This document shows, piece after piece, positions 11,801 through 26,715 of a stretch of DNA of 64,000 nucleotides (positions are counted from its first letter, which is position 1; every line of letters begins with the position of its first letter). Source of the DNA: Mobula hypostoma (Eukaryota); contig NC_086097.1 in assembly GCF_963921235.1 (NCBI RefSeq), positions 215,452,001 to 215,516,000 of the forward strand, written 5' to 3'. The translations under genes and the position numbers were made by a program. The notes beneath the pieces were generated by a model, which saw nothing but the letters and a program-made list of their open reading frames with translations, made no database searches and had not been told where the DNA came from.

Positions 11801-14800
11801 GTAAACCTCAGTTTATTTCAGGTAAAAAAAATTTCCAGATCGGAATAAAGATCAGTTCAGATCTCTCTCAGAAAGAATTTTAGTGTGTGACTTGTATTTA
11901 ATGCATGACGTGTATCGGTATGCATACTGATATGAACAGAAATAATTACTCTGATTGAAGTATTGTTCATATCTTTCAGCATCACATTAATAGATGCCTG
12001 CCTGTTTTCAGATGTCACAATTTAGTTCACCTTGTCTCCAGCTCCCTGCATCCTGCAACAATAATGTCACATTTACAGTTTATTGAAACAGTAGTTTGAT
12101 GTATCAGTGAAGAGTTTCAGAGACCATTGTCCATGGCAGTCAAAACATTCTGTTGCCTCAAAAATGTCAGAGCCTTTACCCTACAGAAGAGGAACAGGAT
12201 ACAATGAAAACCTGCAGAAAATAAAAATGCCCCGTTCATATCAGTGAAATCATTTCTTGTTGTTGTTCAAACAAGGGAAAATGCATCTTAGTAGAATCAT
12301 AGTGCCTCTAGTATTTGACTGAGTGACTGAGCCCAATGATGCAGCTGACTTTTTATATCATTATACAGAGAGCATCCATTAATAACAATAGAGCCATAAA
12401 AGCTCACCAACAATCAGACCTAATGACTGCTTCAATGGAAAGTGCATTTGCTGAATTAGCAGTCACCACAGATTGTGTAAAATGGAGCTGAGGCAGACAG
12501 CCTTGTTTACTTTTAAATATTCAAAATCATTCCAATAAAATTCAAAGGGTATCAGTCAACATACTGTGTGGTAAGACTACACCAACAATAATTAGTGGAC
12601 ATGCTTTAATGGAAAAAATGGAAAATGGCATTCTGATTATGATTCATTTCTCTCATAAATGTAAGAACTAACAATGTGGAAAGAAAGACACCTCTTAAGC
12701 TGTTTCATATAATACTGTCAGTAAGCCACGGAAATTGCTATCAACAGTCTTGTAATGCTAATGGAGTCTTTTCCCTCTTCTGTATCAGATTAAAAGGTAA
12801 ATGTTTTGTATAGAGCTACTTGCCTAGAGTGTTTACATATTTACATATATATAATGTATTTTGTGAATCTTTAATGGGGGTAGCTGATGCATTCAATTAA
12901 CACAGTGATTCCTTATTCTAAGAAGTTCTATTTGCTTATCGTTTTGTTGTTGAGGATTTGGTATTTTCATTAGGGGAATAAAATATCCTTATGATATTTT
13001 ATATGGTGACAATGGAGTTTATTACATGAACTACATTCCAACCAATATGGTGTTTGTATAATCTATTGCACAACATTTGTTAGAGACCTTTTTAACACAA
13101 ATCTTGATGCTTTATAGGTAACGCGGCAGAAACAGCATCAAACATTTCATTACTCGTTATTGCTGCTTAAAGTAATTAATCAGGTAAAAATCCTATCATG
13201 CCCCTTTATTGGTGTAAATAAAGCAATCAATATACTTATGGAGTAGCAGAATATTTTAAAGATGATAATTCTCCGATAATAATCATTCAAGCTAGGAAAT
13301 AAATACTTAGAATATAAAACCAATATACTTGATCTAAATTAGAAGGAACGTCAGATGATTCAAACACAATATAGAATGGAATTTTTATATGATCATTAGA
13401 CAAAAGAAGGTGTATTACAACATTTTCAAACCTACCGGCGATGGTTAGAAATGACATAAGCTCACATTCTACAATGATACGCCTTCTGAAATATCTGATA
13501 TCTTGCAGTGCATGTAGCAAGTACTTGAAATGATTTCCCTTTGTAGCTGATTGCTTTATGAAACACAGCTCTGTTAGAAGTAACACTTTCTATCTTTATT
13601 CATTGATTGTGTGGATAGTTTTACAGTAAATAAAGATGCCAGAACCCCAAAAAGACCAAATGTCATAATATCAAGATCAACTTCTGTTCTGTCAAATCAA
13701 TTGTAAAAATAGTTATAACAGTGAAAACTGTTGTTTTTGTCTCTTTTTCTGGTGCCTGACAAAATAGAACTTAAAATTTACAACTGTGGTTGGAGTCAAT
13801 AATAATGACGTAAATCTTTGTGCCATGTAGCAGTTGTATCACTTGGATTTTTAGTAGTTTGTGGTGAAAGTAAACACTTTAGTATTTGTTTATCACTTCC
13901 TAGCATCATTTTAATTCCAATAGTGGTTTCAACCATGTTTATGAACTGACTATAATAATGGGAAATCTGCAGCAAGTAATTAAGTCTCAAGAAGCAAATC
14001 AGCTTACTTTGAAATGCAGTAGATAATCAAAATGCAGTTGCTCAAGTGTAAAATGCAGCATTTAATGATCCTGTGTAATACAGATTACAGCTTTCATTTT
14101 AAAATCTAGTAGAGCAGACGAACAAAGCTGTGGTCCACATTGTTAGGTTGGGTTTTCAAATGCGTAAGAAGACATTATCCATATCAGTAGCTCCTTATCA
14201 TTAGACATTTTTGAAGTTTATGGCAAGTATTTTATTTTAGATTTATTTTATTATTTATTATCCTTTGTTTTGCTTTTAGGATAGAGAGTACTCAAATTTC
14301 ATAATTAATAATTTTTCGCCATATCAAGAATAGCCAGAATTGTCATTAATCAGACAAGCTCCATTGCTACAAATGCATCTAACTATACAGAGGTTACTAT
14401 TGTCAAATTCAGGTATGTGTTCTGGGTAGCTATTCAGAAGTATGTACACAAAGATAAGACAAATGGGTTTAGCAGATGAAACAGAGAAAATAATACAGAT
14501 GTATTGACAAATTGATGCGATTGCTCTAACTAAACCTTATGGAGAATTACATATAAGGACATCTACATGCAACTAAAATATTTCAAAAACATTTCACACT
14601 TCAACCTGACAGAGAAGAGGTTTATGCCAAAGCAAATCTAAACAAAAATAGTTGCATCCACCTACAGAGGTACTCTTTGCTCAATCCATCCTGGAGGTGT
14701 CAGTGATTCTGAAACAAAAATATTGAAAGTGAATAGTGATTAGCTGCTATCAATGGAGAGCTAAGTAGAACCAAAAAAGGAACAATAAAATGCATCATTG

Positions 14801-17800
14801 GTCTTTTAATATTTGAAAACTCTACTGCTGAAAATAGAAATACACCTTAGTTTTGTGTGTACATATATTTTGCTATTGTGTCATTTAAATTTAAAATATT
14901 AAACTGCAGACATTTATTATAGATTCTCACTGCTTACATTACTTTATTAGATGCACATACTTTAAAAGCTCAACCATTCAGTGTTGATTGTGATTTGATA
15001 TTTTACAGATTATTTAAGAGGATGTTGTGAATGTAAGTAAGGGCATTGGTTTGGGACATTACAGCAAAGAGGTGGCATTGAGTTCCCTTCAGCTTTCCAA
15101 AAACAGAACAACTAATCAAAAATTTGGTTGGTAAATTTCCTGACACAGCAGTAAAATTACTTGTCTAAATCCACAAGGATCTGCCACTTCCAGCATCTTA
15201 AACTGTGGTGCTGTGATAAGAACAGAAATCAGCCATCAGTTTCTGCACAGTTACTTTCATGTTTGAAAATATTCTGAGGCATTTTCCATAACTAGCATTT
15301 CTGTTAGGGTTTACACAGCTTCAAGGATATAGCATTTCCACTACTTATTCATAAAAAAACTCTGATATTATCAAAACTATACACGTTATATACAGGCTTT
15401 CAAAATCTGTGAACTTCTCACATTATTCTTTCTCGAATAGGCTCAATCGGGAAATTAATTCTTGCAGCCTGTATCTACCCATCAGCTAACAAGGTGCTTG
15501 TGATCGGTGCCAAAGATGCAGTAATTGTGTTTACCAAATGACATTAAAAGTAATGGAGAAAGTGAATTGACTCTTTGTTTTCACTGTTTAAAGCGTTGTT
15601 TTATAATGTTTGCATCACTCCAAGCACTTGTCCAAGTAATCATTTGAGACTCAACAAGGCAGCACTTGTGTTTTATTGCTGGTTGTACTGAACTTTTCTG
15701 GTGAGGCACTGCTCCTTTCAATAGGATGCCATGCTGAAGGGCACAGTTATTTGATAAAGTAAATTGAGGGCCTGTTGTACCATTGCGAGTGTAACCAGCA
15801 ACAAAGAACACACATTTCAGAGATTTCCATGGGAAATAATACAGCAGGGGAAAACAAAAATGGCTAAATTAAAAGAACAGTTGCCATTGTTCTTAAGCAG
15901 AAGATAAGCAAGGGCAAACATCTGGGGCATAGTTTCTTCTACTGAAAACTACAGTACATATTTCCAATATATTCATGAAGAATTTATGGAAGTGAATTCG
16001 TCAGTGCAAAGACATAGCAATTAACCCTGCAGGCCTTTTTGAAAGGATGTCTTTCATTAGTTTGTAAATCACATTACACATCTGAGAAAGTGTTAAATTT
16101 GGAATCGCCACTAAAGCAAATAAAATTACCTCACCGCAATTTTTGTTCCAATAAAATAACACAAATTTTATTTCAAATCAGATGCACTGTAAAATATGTC
16201 ATTGATGCTGCCTCTTCAGAAACAACATAGCCACTCAATTCAGCTAAGTAATGGGATCCTTCACAATCTAGTGAAGCTTTTGCAATTTCTATATTCTGAT
16301 GTGAGGCAGCATAGTTTACAAGCACCTCACTTTTCATTGTAATCCATAATTTTTACTGTGCTTCGAATCAATCAAAATGGGGTCTTAATTCTTACATGAA
16401 ATTATTTGATTGTTATGGAAAATATGTATAACAACAGTGAAGTTATTTGTATTCCTCAACGGGAAAACATTAATATCTTTTTGGTACTCTGAGTGGATCT
16501 TATTTAGATCAGGGACCTCAAAGTCCAGGCATCAGAGTTTTCTCTGCTTGCGTTCACGCCTGTATGTCAGTGTTTCATTGTGTTAAACTCCATCCCCCAG
16601 GCATTGCAATTCACTGATTTGCAGCACATTGTCATTCCACAGACTTTTACACACTAGTAAAACTAACTTTACAAATGGCGGAAATAATAAAACATATAAA
16701 ATATACTCTAAAGTATCAGCATACAGCTGGCAGCCAAGACAGAGCTACGCCATATTTTTTTTTCATCATGCTGAGCATTTTGTTTACTTTTGCCGTTAGT
16801 GACACGGACTAGAACTGTAACAATTACCACAAGGAATATTTGAAGCCTACACTGATTTTGAATGTACACCATGTTTGGATTCAATATCTTCTTTTAGATA
16901 TTTTTATTTATATGATAATAATTAAATTAATTTCCTATTAGAAGATGGATGTGAAATACAGCTTTGCAATCTGGAAAGATTAATGCTAAAAAGTATTTCC
17001 CTGTTAATTATATTCTAAGAATGGAGCAAAATAGGGAAATAATCTATTGCCCTACAGAAGATATCAAAGGACTGGGTGTTATTTATTTTTTTTGGAGAAA
17101 TTACTGACGTGACACTACCTTTGATTTCCTCCAAACCTTTTGTTCTACTCTGAAAGCAATTTATTTCTGGCCCAGTGATATCTGAACAAATGCAACTTTC
17201 AAAGGAGTTTCATGTAGGAAAAATACCCTTTTAATAAGATTACCTTTGGCTAACTTCCCAAATGCAGACTGAAGTGCACTGTTTGTGGTTTTTCAACAGC
17301 TTACACTAAGCCTGCTCCATGGAAATAATCTACATTTAAACCCTGAGAAACAAATCATCTGTGCTTAGGACATAAATCCCTGTCATTAGACAGTGATTAC
17401 GATAAATATTTTTGTACACTCGCCTGTTATCCTGGCTTGGTTTTGTGACAGACGGGGGGAGGAAGGAAAGGGGTAACAAAGATTCACCAGCAAATCTCTT
17501 GCCAGTTTATCCAAAAAATCTGACTACAATACTAATTTTTCAATGGAGTCATCTTTATGTTGATAAATATTTCAGGCATTGTAAAATCATTACATACTAT
17601 TGGATAGAATAAAGTACGATGTAACTTATATACACAAATTGTGATTTTTCACTTCACTGCAGGTTACTATCAGTGCATTTCATAGCAATGATTTCTAAAT
17701 TATGATGTTTAATTAATAACTATTACCAAAATAATTATATTTAAATTATCAGTATAATTACAGAAAAATCTGCAAAACGTTTATGCAAAGTTTCCTATAT

Positions 17801-20800
17801 TCTGCAAGCTTTTATTGGCTTGTTCGTTTTATCGCATTGCTGCAGTCTAACAAAATTTCTATTTAAAAGTAGTCTTAAGATTCAATGCTATTTTTGAAGC
17901 AACTAATAAAATATTTAAACACTATTGTGTTACACTTCCCTGAGAGGAAGCTGTATGTGTGCATTTTGTCTTATTTTGTTTCATGAGTTCTCCTTGGTTC
18001 GTGGACAGCTTGTAACATTCAGAGATGCACCAAATCATAGCATGCCAAGACATTCAGTAGCATTTGAAAGGAAATGGTCAAAGCAACTGCAGAATAACAA
18101 AGCTACATTAAAAAAATATGAAAAGAAGCAAAAGGTTTCAATCACAGATTGAGATGGAAGCAATAGTTTGGGATGGATTCTCCCAGCTGGCTGAGGTGCA
18201 GTATGACAGGACCAAGTAATAGGCTGTAGCACCACATGCTCGTCCTGATTTACACTTACTATTACTCAGCGGAACTACTTGGAAACAAAGATCTACCAAT
18301 CATATATCTGGTTCATTCAAATACAGGCAACATCATGCTTACATTTTTCCTGTTTCTTTTTATAAAACTCCAGTCATATCAAATTATTTCTGATAGAAAT
18401 TTCAGGTGTTTTTGTTACATTTTCAGCAGATGTAATTATCCTTTATTAACATGTACCTTGACAAAGTTCTGAAAGCATTACATTGTTGATTTCTGTGATC
18501 CAGTTCAGAAATGATTTACAATGACGGGAACATCTAAAATTATCACATCTCTTTGTTGTTGAAAATATATATAAATGATCTATTGAAAAGTGAAATTGTA
18601 ACCCACAACAGTGTTGAAATATAAAAAGGCATAGAAAGAAGGAACTGGAATGAGTATCACAGTGCATCTTACATAAGTAATTCAAAGAAAGCTCTTGTTA
18701 TAGACTTTATTTGTGATCAATATTCATTAAATAACACCAAGTTTTTGAAAGAATGACCATCTAAAGATGAACAATAATTCTTCCTGAAATGGATATAGAT
18801 AATCTTCATTTCTGAGGTCAGGAAATGCAGCTGTGGTGTTCAGCCAATGTACTCTTAATAAATAGCCTCATTTTCATAAACCTTCTAACACAAAATATTG
18901 TTTTCATTTGAACCACATTTTTTCAGAAAATGCCTGTAAGCCTTATAATGAACAGGGTGGTCCCCATTTTGTGAATGTAAACATTTTAGGCAATAAAATA
19001 AGACAAAATGGAGGAAGGCAATGCAGTGAATCAGAAACAGATAGATGTGCGAGGATGAAGGGGAGGGGCAGTGAAATGGTGGGCCAGTGGGAGTGGATGG
19101 CATGCTGAATTGTAAAATATAATGCAGCAGGACATTATGAGAGAAGCAGTATTTTAAGCTAGTAAAGGTGTGATTCAATATTTTGATTAATGGTCTACTG
19201 TCTATTGCTATCACACACTTTGGCATGCACTCTGAAGAAATGTATAATGGAAGAGATCATTGTGAGAGACACATGAAAACAGTTGAAGAAATTCAAGGTA
19301 TGGAATCCTAGGCTTGATGGCTAAATGATTACTTGAAAAAAAATAGGCGAACCATACTTCGGATAACATTCAATCTCAGCACTGTGACAAAAATGCATTT
19401 GGTGGAGTGGGGGCAATGTGTTGTTTCATAAACAGTCATTTTATGCACAGGGTGATACAGACTTTCTTCAGTGTATATACGGCAGTGGAATCCTGTTTTG
19501 TGTAATAGGTTATGGGTGACTAAAAAACTGTGAAGAATCAGACAGACATAATAGGACAGCTATACTATTACTGATTATGTAAGTGATGCAACTGGAGATT
19601 GTTACTGATTTGCATACATCAGAACATTACCATCAATTTACTTGTTGGTGTGGTATGTAATCTGCATTTGACTGTATTTATAATAAGCCTAGGGGAACTG
19701 TGATCCCAATCACTGGAAAAAAAACATTTGCCAGTTTTTTACTTGCATCTTGATAGCAGCAGGATTTGATTTGTGCAATAAATATAATGACACTGCAGAT
19801 GGGTTGAGAAGAAAGCGCTAATCAGCATACATTCTTGACAAGACTGCAACGTAGTAACATTTGTAACTAGGTAATCTGAAACATTAGTTGAACGTTGACA
19901 GAAGTTTCCCTTAAACAGTTAAAGAGACCATTTAAGTAAACTTACTTAATAAGGTATGAATGTTTCACGATAGAAATATGTTACTTTTCCCACATTGAAT
20001 TACAATTGATTTTTCTTTAATTGAATAACTGTTCGCTACAACAAACAGTGATAGTCACTTTTCATGGTTTCCATCTTCGATCAAGTCAAATAACATTGTA
20101 AAAAGCACCTCTGTGCTAGAGATATATTAAAACAGAATTATTAGGAGCCCACCCTGATCTGATGAACCCAAATGTTTATGTCATTTCCATTTCAGTTCTT
20201 GAATGGCCTGATTCTGTTTCCAGCATCTTATGCTTTTTAACAAGTATTACTAACATCAATTCCTAATTTTTTAATAGTGTCCTGTACAAATTGATCCCAG
20301 AATGTTCATCAAATTTTAGAAAATACCATAGCTTCTATATACAAATCTTTCCATCCTGGTTACTAATATTTTACAAATATTTCTATTCCAGTAACAGTGT
20401 TTTCAATCAATAGGAATTGACTCTATTACACATACTCAGTACTTTGGTCATTACAGGCTTCTAATCATGAAAATGATTTGTGCAGTAGTTAGAATGCTGG
20501 GACTGCCCCCGTTAATAGTCATTTACTGTCATCTCGCTGAACAGATTTGCATTAATGAATAACCTGAATTCAGCAATCAGCAACAAAGAGCATAGGCTAC
20601 CGATCCAACATAAAGAAGCTCTTCCTGGTATTCAGAGACAGGTCAGCAAGACAATCATGCTTAAATTAAAATTCACTCTGAGGGCAAACACATCTCTTCC
20701 TAGTTTGAAGTGAGCATCCAGCAATCGCCTCACAACCAGACATTAATAGAATGAAGGCACAATTCCAAATAAACTTCAACCTATGATATTAATGTGTTGC

Positions 20801-21892
20801 CTTATTGGGCCAGAAGTAATGGGGGGGTTGAGGGCAGAAATAACCTCAACTCTTTAATGATTATTTAGGCATGATGCCTTCCGTTCAGAAACACCAGCAT
20901 ATGCTATTCACTGTGCAAATAGAAAATCGCAATCCCTTCAGAAATATAATTTCATCGAACTAACCAATCCAGGCGCTTGACAGTTCATTAAAGAGCAGCA
21001 GAAATGAGTGCTTGATGATTAGCATGAATGACAGCTACTAGGCACACAAATTACACAGAATGGAGTGGGCCTGTGGGCCTGTATGATTTTCCTTTACATT
21101 GGGTTGGGCCGGCAGTTCAGGGAACAATGATGTTGCTTTGACAAGATATGCGTGCGCCCAGGTCTCTCAATTGTCAGCCTCACCAACCCCACGTCTCCAT
21201 ACCACCCCTAATGTATCTCCAGTCAGGACCCAGCATTATCTCTGACCAAATAATCCTGAACATGCACAAGATGATGAAAAATGAAGATTAAAAATGCCTG
21301 CTTTGTTTCCCAGAAAGATTACCGCCAGCAGTGTTTCTTCCAAAGCATGTTTAGCTTCTAAACATTCCCCAGATACTTCATGAACATGTCTAAATTGCTA
21401 GCTTATATTAATGAACCATAAAGATATTTTTTCATCTTTTCAGTTCCCAATGTTTTAGGAATGTCCTCCATACTTATGTGAGAGCTTGGTCTTTAGGCTA
21501 TTGAATTGGGAGCTTTATGCATAACAATAACCCACATGGCACAAGTGACAGGTGAGAATCTTACTCATTTGTTACATCGATATGTATTTTGTGGTCTGAT
21601 ACAATAGATGGACTGTGGTTGGGTCTCCTTTTGTGACTGCAGTACAGCTTCAGGGAAAAGGGTTTCTTGGTGGCAGTTTGTAAAATGAGTGTTTCTTGCA
21701 GTGAATGCTTATACTTACAAGTTGTTATATCATGTTAAAAATAATGAGGTTTATTATAAAGAAGATGTAAAAAGCAATGTGGAAAACATGCCATCAAAGG
21801 TACTTTGAATATTTCAGGTGTTCCCTGCACGGATAATGTGTTTCTGCACTGAGGCTGCTGAATATGTGCAAAGATGTCAATCAGCATACAAA

Positions 21893-23120
<1,228 letters not shown>

Positions 23121-23139
23121 ACTGCAACTAAAAAGATCC

Positions 23140-23330
23140 AGTGATTCAAAGATTCAAAGTAGGTTCTGTATACAGAATACAACTCTGAGATATATCCTCC
23201 TGCAGGCAGCCACAAAACAAAGAAACACCATGGAACCCATTCAGGAAAACATGGAACACCCAATGCGCAAAGAAAGAACAAATAGCGGCAAGGGCAAAAA
23301 GCGAGAGAACAACACATAGAATATCACACG
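23140..23330 (-). mobile_element. 3' end of a non-autonomous LINE-tailed repeat
   Basis: Reverse complement resembles 33170-33285 (TTCTTTGTTTYGTGGCTRCCTG..AGAGTTGTAT) with a (CTTTGAAT)n tail. Confidence 0.55.
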
Positions 23331-23659
23331 TCAAACCAGTGCAATTGTAAAATGCCATTAACATCAGGTGCCTGACTTTTAACTGTGCAAAGTAGTGGCC
23401 AGTAATTAAAGTTATTAGTTGGGTATGAACCTATTCCAAACAAAGCCATTCCTGATGTATTGACAGTGATGATACTAATACAGCTACCAGAGATTAGCTT
23501 CCTTCTGTGCTTCTTTATAAAGATAAGCAATTATTTTCTATGGCTTCTTCTTCATACCATGGAAAACCCAGTTCCCAGTTTCAATTTCCTGTTTTCAGTG
23601 GCCACAGCTACATACAAAGGAATTTTAGTATTAAATCGAACAGAGGAATAAAGACATCG

Positions 23660-24170
23660 AGCAGCACATCCTGTACCTAATGAAGTGGCCACTGTGCGTA
23701 TGTTCACAGTCTGCTGCTGTAGCCCATTCATTTCAATATCTGACGCGCTGTGTGTTCAGAGATGCTCGTCTGCACACCATGCTTTAATGCATGGCTATTC
23801 GAACGACTGCCGCCTTTCTGTCAGCTTGAACCGGTCTGGCCATCCTCCTCTGACCTCTCTCATTAACAAGGCATTTTCACCCACTGAACTGCTTGCCACT
23901 GGATGTCTTTTTGTTTTTGCTTTTTGCACCATTCTCTATAAGCTCTAGAGTCCGTTGTGTGTGAAAACCCCAGGAGATCAGCAGTTTCTGAGATATTCAA
24001 AACACCTCCTCTGGCACCAACAACCATTTCAAAGTCAAAGTCACCTAGATCACATTTTTTCCCCATTCTGGTGTTTGGGCTGAATCACACCTAAACCACT
24101 CGACCATGTCTGCAGGATTTTAAGCACTGATTTACTGCCACATGATTGGCTGATAAGATATTTTCAAAAA
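23660..24170 (-). mobile_element. Internally deleted Tc1-like element (transposase N-terminal HTH remnant)
   Basis: ORF 23863..24066 MGKKCDLGDFDFEMVVGARGGVLNISETADLLGFSHTTDSRAYREW. TIR-like motif TGTACCTAATGAAGTGGCCACTG at ~23672. Confidence 0.85.
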
Positions 24171-25854
24171 CTGTCAGGCAGGAAACTCTGCATCAGGGAT
24201 TGTATGGTTATGATGTGGAAGAGACGTTGTTCAGGTGGCAGTGGGTGAATACAGAGTCACTTGTACAATGGGGGTGATCTTGGAGGATAGAAAGGTGGTT
24301 GCATGATGATTGTGAGATAAGAGGTCTAATTCCATTGAGCGCTTGATCATAGGAAGAGCCTGACTGTGATAGGGTACACTGATTGTTCGTAATGTTTCTA
24401 AGGCTCATTCTTTTCCCACACAAGTTTTCTTACATATTCAATACATTCAATAAACATTTCTTAAAAGCAATTGCAATAACCATTTTCCCTACCTTCAACA
24501 CCATCCCAACTACAAAAGAAATGCACTTAGTTATTGAGAATTAAAATGTTTGATAATTGTTTAGATTTGCAGAATGGTGTAGTTGGTAGTTCAATGTATA
24601 AATTTCAGCATTAAATTTTTCCTCTTTTGGTGTTCTTCTTAGTAATATGTTTCAGTATGTCAGTGTACGAGCTGACAATTTATTCTGGTGCCTTCTTCAG
24701 GAAGACAGGAATTTTTCTGAACATACTGACTGAATGAATCTCTGTCTCTGGGGCTGAGAATAGCAATAGATGTCAAGGCTAGGGTCCATCTTTGTGTGAA
24801 CGATGTGAGTGACAACTTAAATTTTTGGTTTAGAATGTTGTTACTTATTGAACACGAAAGAAATCCTTAATCCTTTATCAATTGCATTAATTACAATTTT
24901 CTTCATTTGCACATGTATTTCCAGGATTATATACTGGATACACACACACACCTACATACAAATATAGATCTTCTGTGTATATATAGGATTTATAGCTGTA
25001 AGTAATGAACAGAACATTTAACTGGAATGCAAAATGTGAGGATGTGCAGTGTCATATTTGAGGAATTCTCACTTGCAATTGAGAATTGTCCAAATATAGA
25101 AGCAGCTCAGTTACAAAATTACAGCGTACAATTTGAGTTTGGGATGATAGTGTCCAATTGTCTAATTTTCCTGAAGCATCCACTACATTGGAAGCAAAAA
25201 TTAGAAGAAACTTTCTATCTGTGAGTGGATTTTAACCAATCAGTGGTGGTCAATTGTTAATGTTCTTGACCTGGCCATGGAAGTGGCCAAAGCCATGCTC
25301 ACCCAAGCTTGCTCAGTGACAAGTTACTAACACATTTAAATGAAATGAGCTGAGTCGTTATGTTGCTAACAAGCAAGTCTCGTCATCGGAGGTGTTTGAT
25401 AAAAATGATTACTTAAAAGCAATTCTGATTTATCTTACTATCTATTTGTTCCATCTGTCATTTCTAGCTTTGGATTTTGAATGCTTTTGATTAAACAGTT
25501 GTGGTTGACTGCTGGCAACATCAATGGGGAACTATTAGGCGATGATGTCTGAAAGCATAAGAGGTTAAAACGCAGCCGGGTGCTCTCTAAAGTAACCTGG
25601 ATTATTAACTACAGTTCAAATGCTACTATGCATGATCTATTTGTGCAGTCAACCCATTCAAGGCAAATTCCTTTCCTCTCTGGATTATAGTATCACAAGA
25701 ACATTAGAGCACAGAAGGAGGCAATTCAGGCCACTGGGCCTGTGCCAACTCTTGCCACAGAAATCCAGCCAGTCCTATTTCTCCATTCTTTTTCCACAGG
25801 CCAGCATTTCTTTTCTTCAAATATTTATCACTTCTCTCTTGAAAACTACAACTT

Positions 25855-26715
25855 AATTCAGAATCAAATCCATGTTTAATATCACTGACATAATTTGGTG
25901 TTTTGTGTATACAGTGCAAGCATAAAATAGACTAAAACTTACCGTAAGAAATACATACATTACACTGCATTTGTCAACGTGGAGCAGGGAGCGAGTTTGT
26001 AAATCTGGTGGGAGCAAAGGATGTTGGAAATGGAGAGGGTGGACCACCGTGGGAGGGGTGTGGGACAGATGGCAGAGAAGGAGTGCCCGGACAGGTTGTG
26101 GCACGGGTATAGACACACCCAGCCCTGAGACACTAGGGAAGGTCATTTGATTCCAGTTAATTGGTTTATTGATCATTACAGATTGTCTCTCTGGTGCTTC
26201 CTGCTCCCTCCCCTCTCCCTTCCCCCTTTCCCAACCATGATTCCCCTCTCCCTGCCCCCTTCCATAGTTCACAATAGAGACCCATATCAGAATCAGGTTT
26301 TTCACCACTCACATATGAAATGAAATTTGTTTTTTTTGCAGCAGGAGCAACATTCTTAGGCATCCTAGCTACCTGTATGTCTCCAAGCTTTTCCACAGTA
26401 AAGTGTATAAAACAAGTACTCCAAAAAGAGAGCAAAAATAGCGTGGTAGCGTTCATAGGTTCATGGTCCATTCGGAAATCTAACTGAGGAGGAGAAAAAT
26501 CACTTCCCAAAGCATTGATTGTGTGTCTTCAGCCTCCTGTACCTCCTCCCTGATGGTAGTAATGAGAAGAGGGCACGTCATGGGCGATGGAGATACTTAA
26601 TGATGGATGCTGGTTTTTCGAGGCATCACCTTTTGAAGATGACCTTGGTGCTGGGGAAACTAGTGTCCGTGATGGAGCTGGCCAAGCTTACACCCCTCTG
26701 CAGCTTTTTCTAATC
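25855..26715 (-). mobile_element. Tandem or nested Rex1/Babar-type 3' ends
   Basis: Two tails (TCAGAATCA..TTTAATATCACT at ~25858; TCAGAATCAGGTTTTTCACCACT at ~26287) and C-terminal ORF remnant CTTCAGCCTCCTGTACCTCCTCCCTGATGG, also seen at ~53090. Confidence 0.65.

Noticed and set aside
10885..19226. Assorted 60-113 aa ORFs in unique AT-rich DNA
   Set aside because: No recognisable domains, many non-ATG starts, and composition typical of random non-coding frames.
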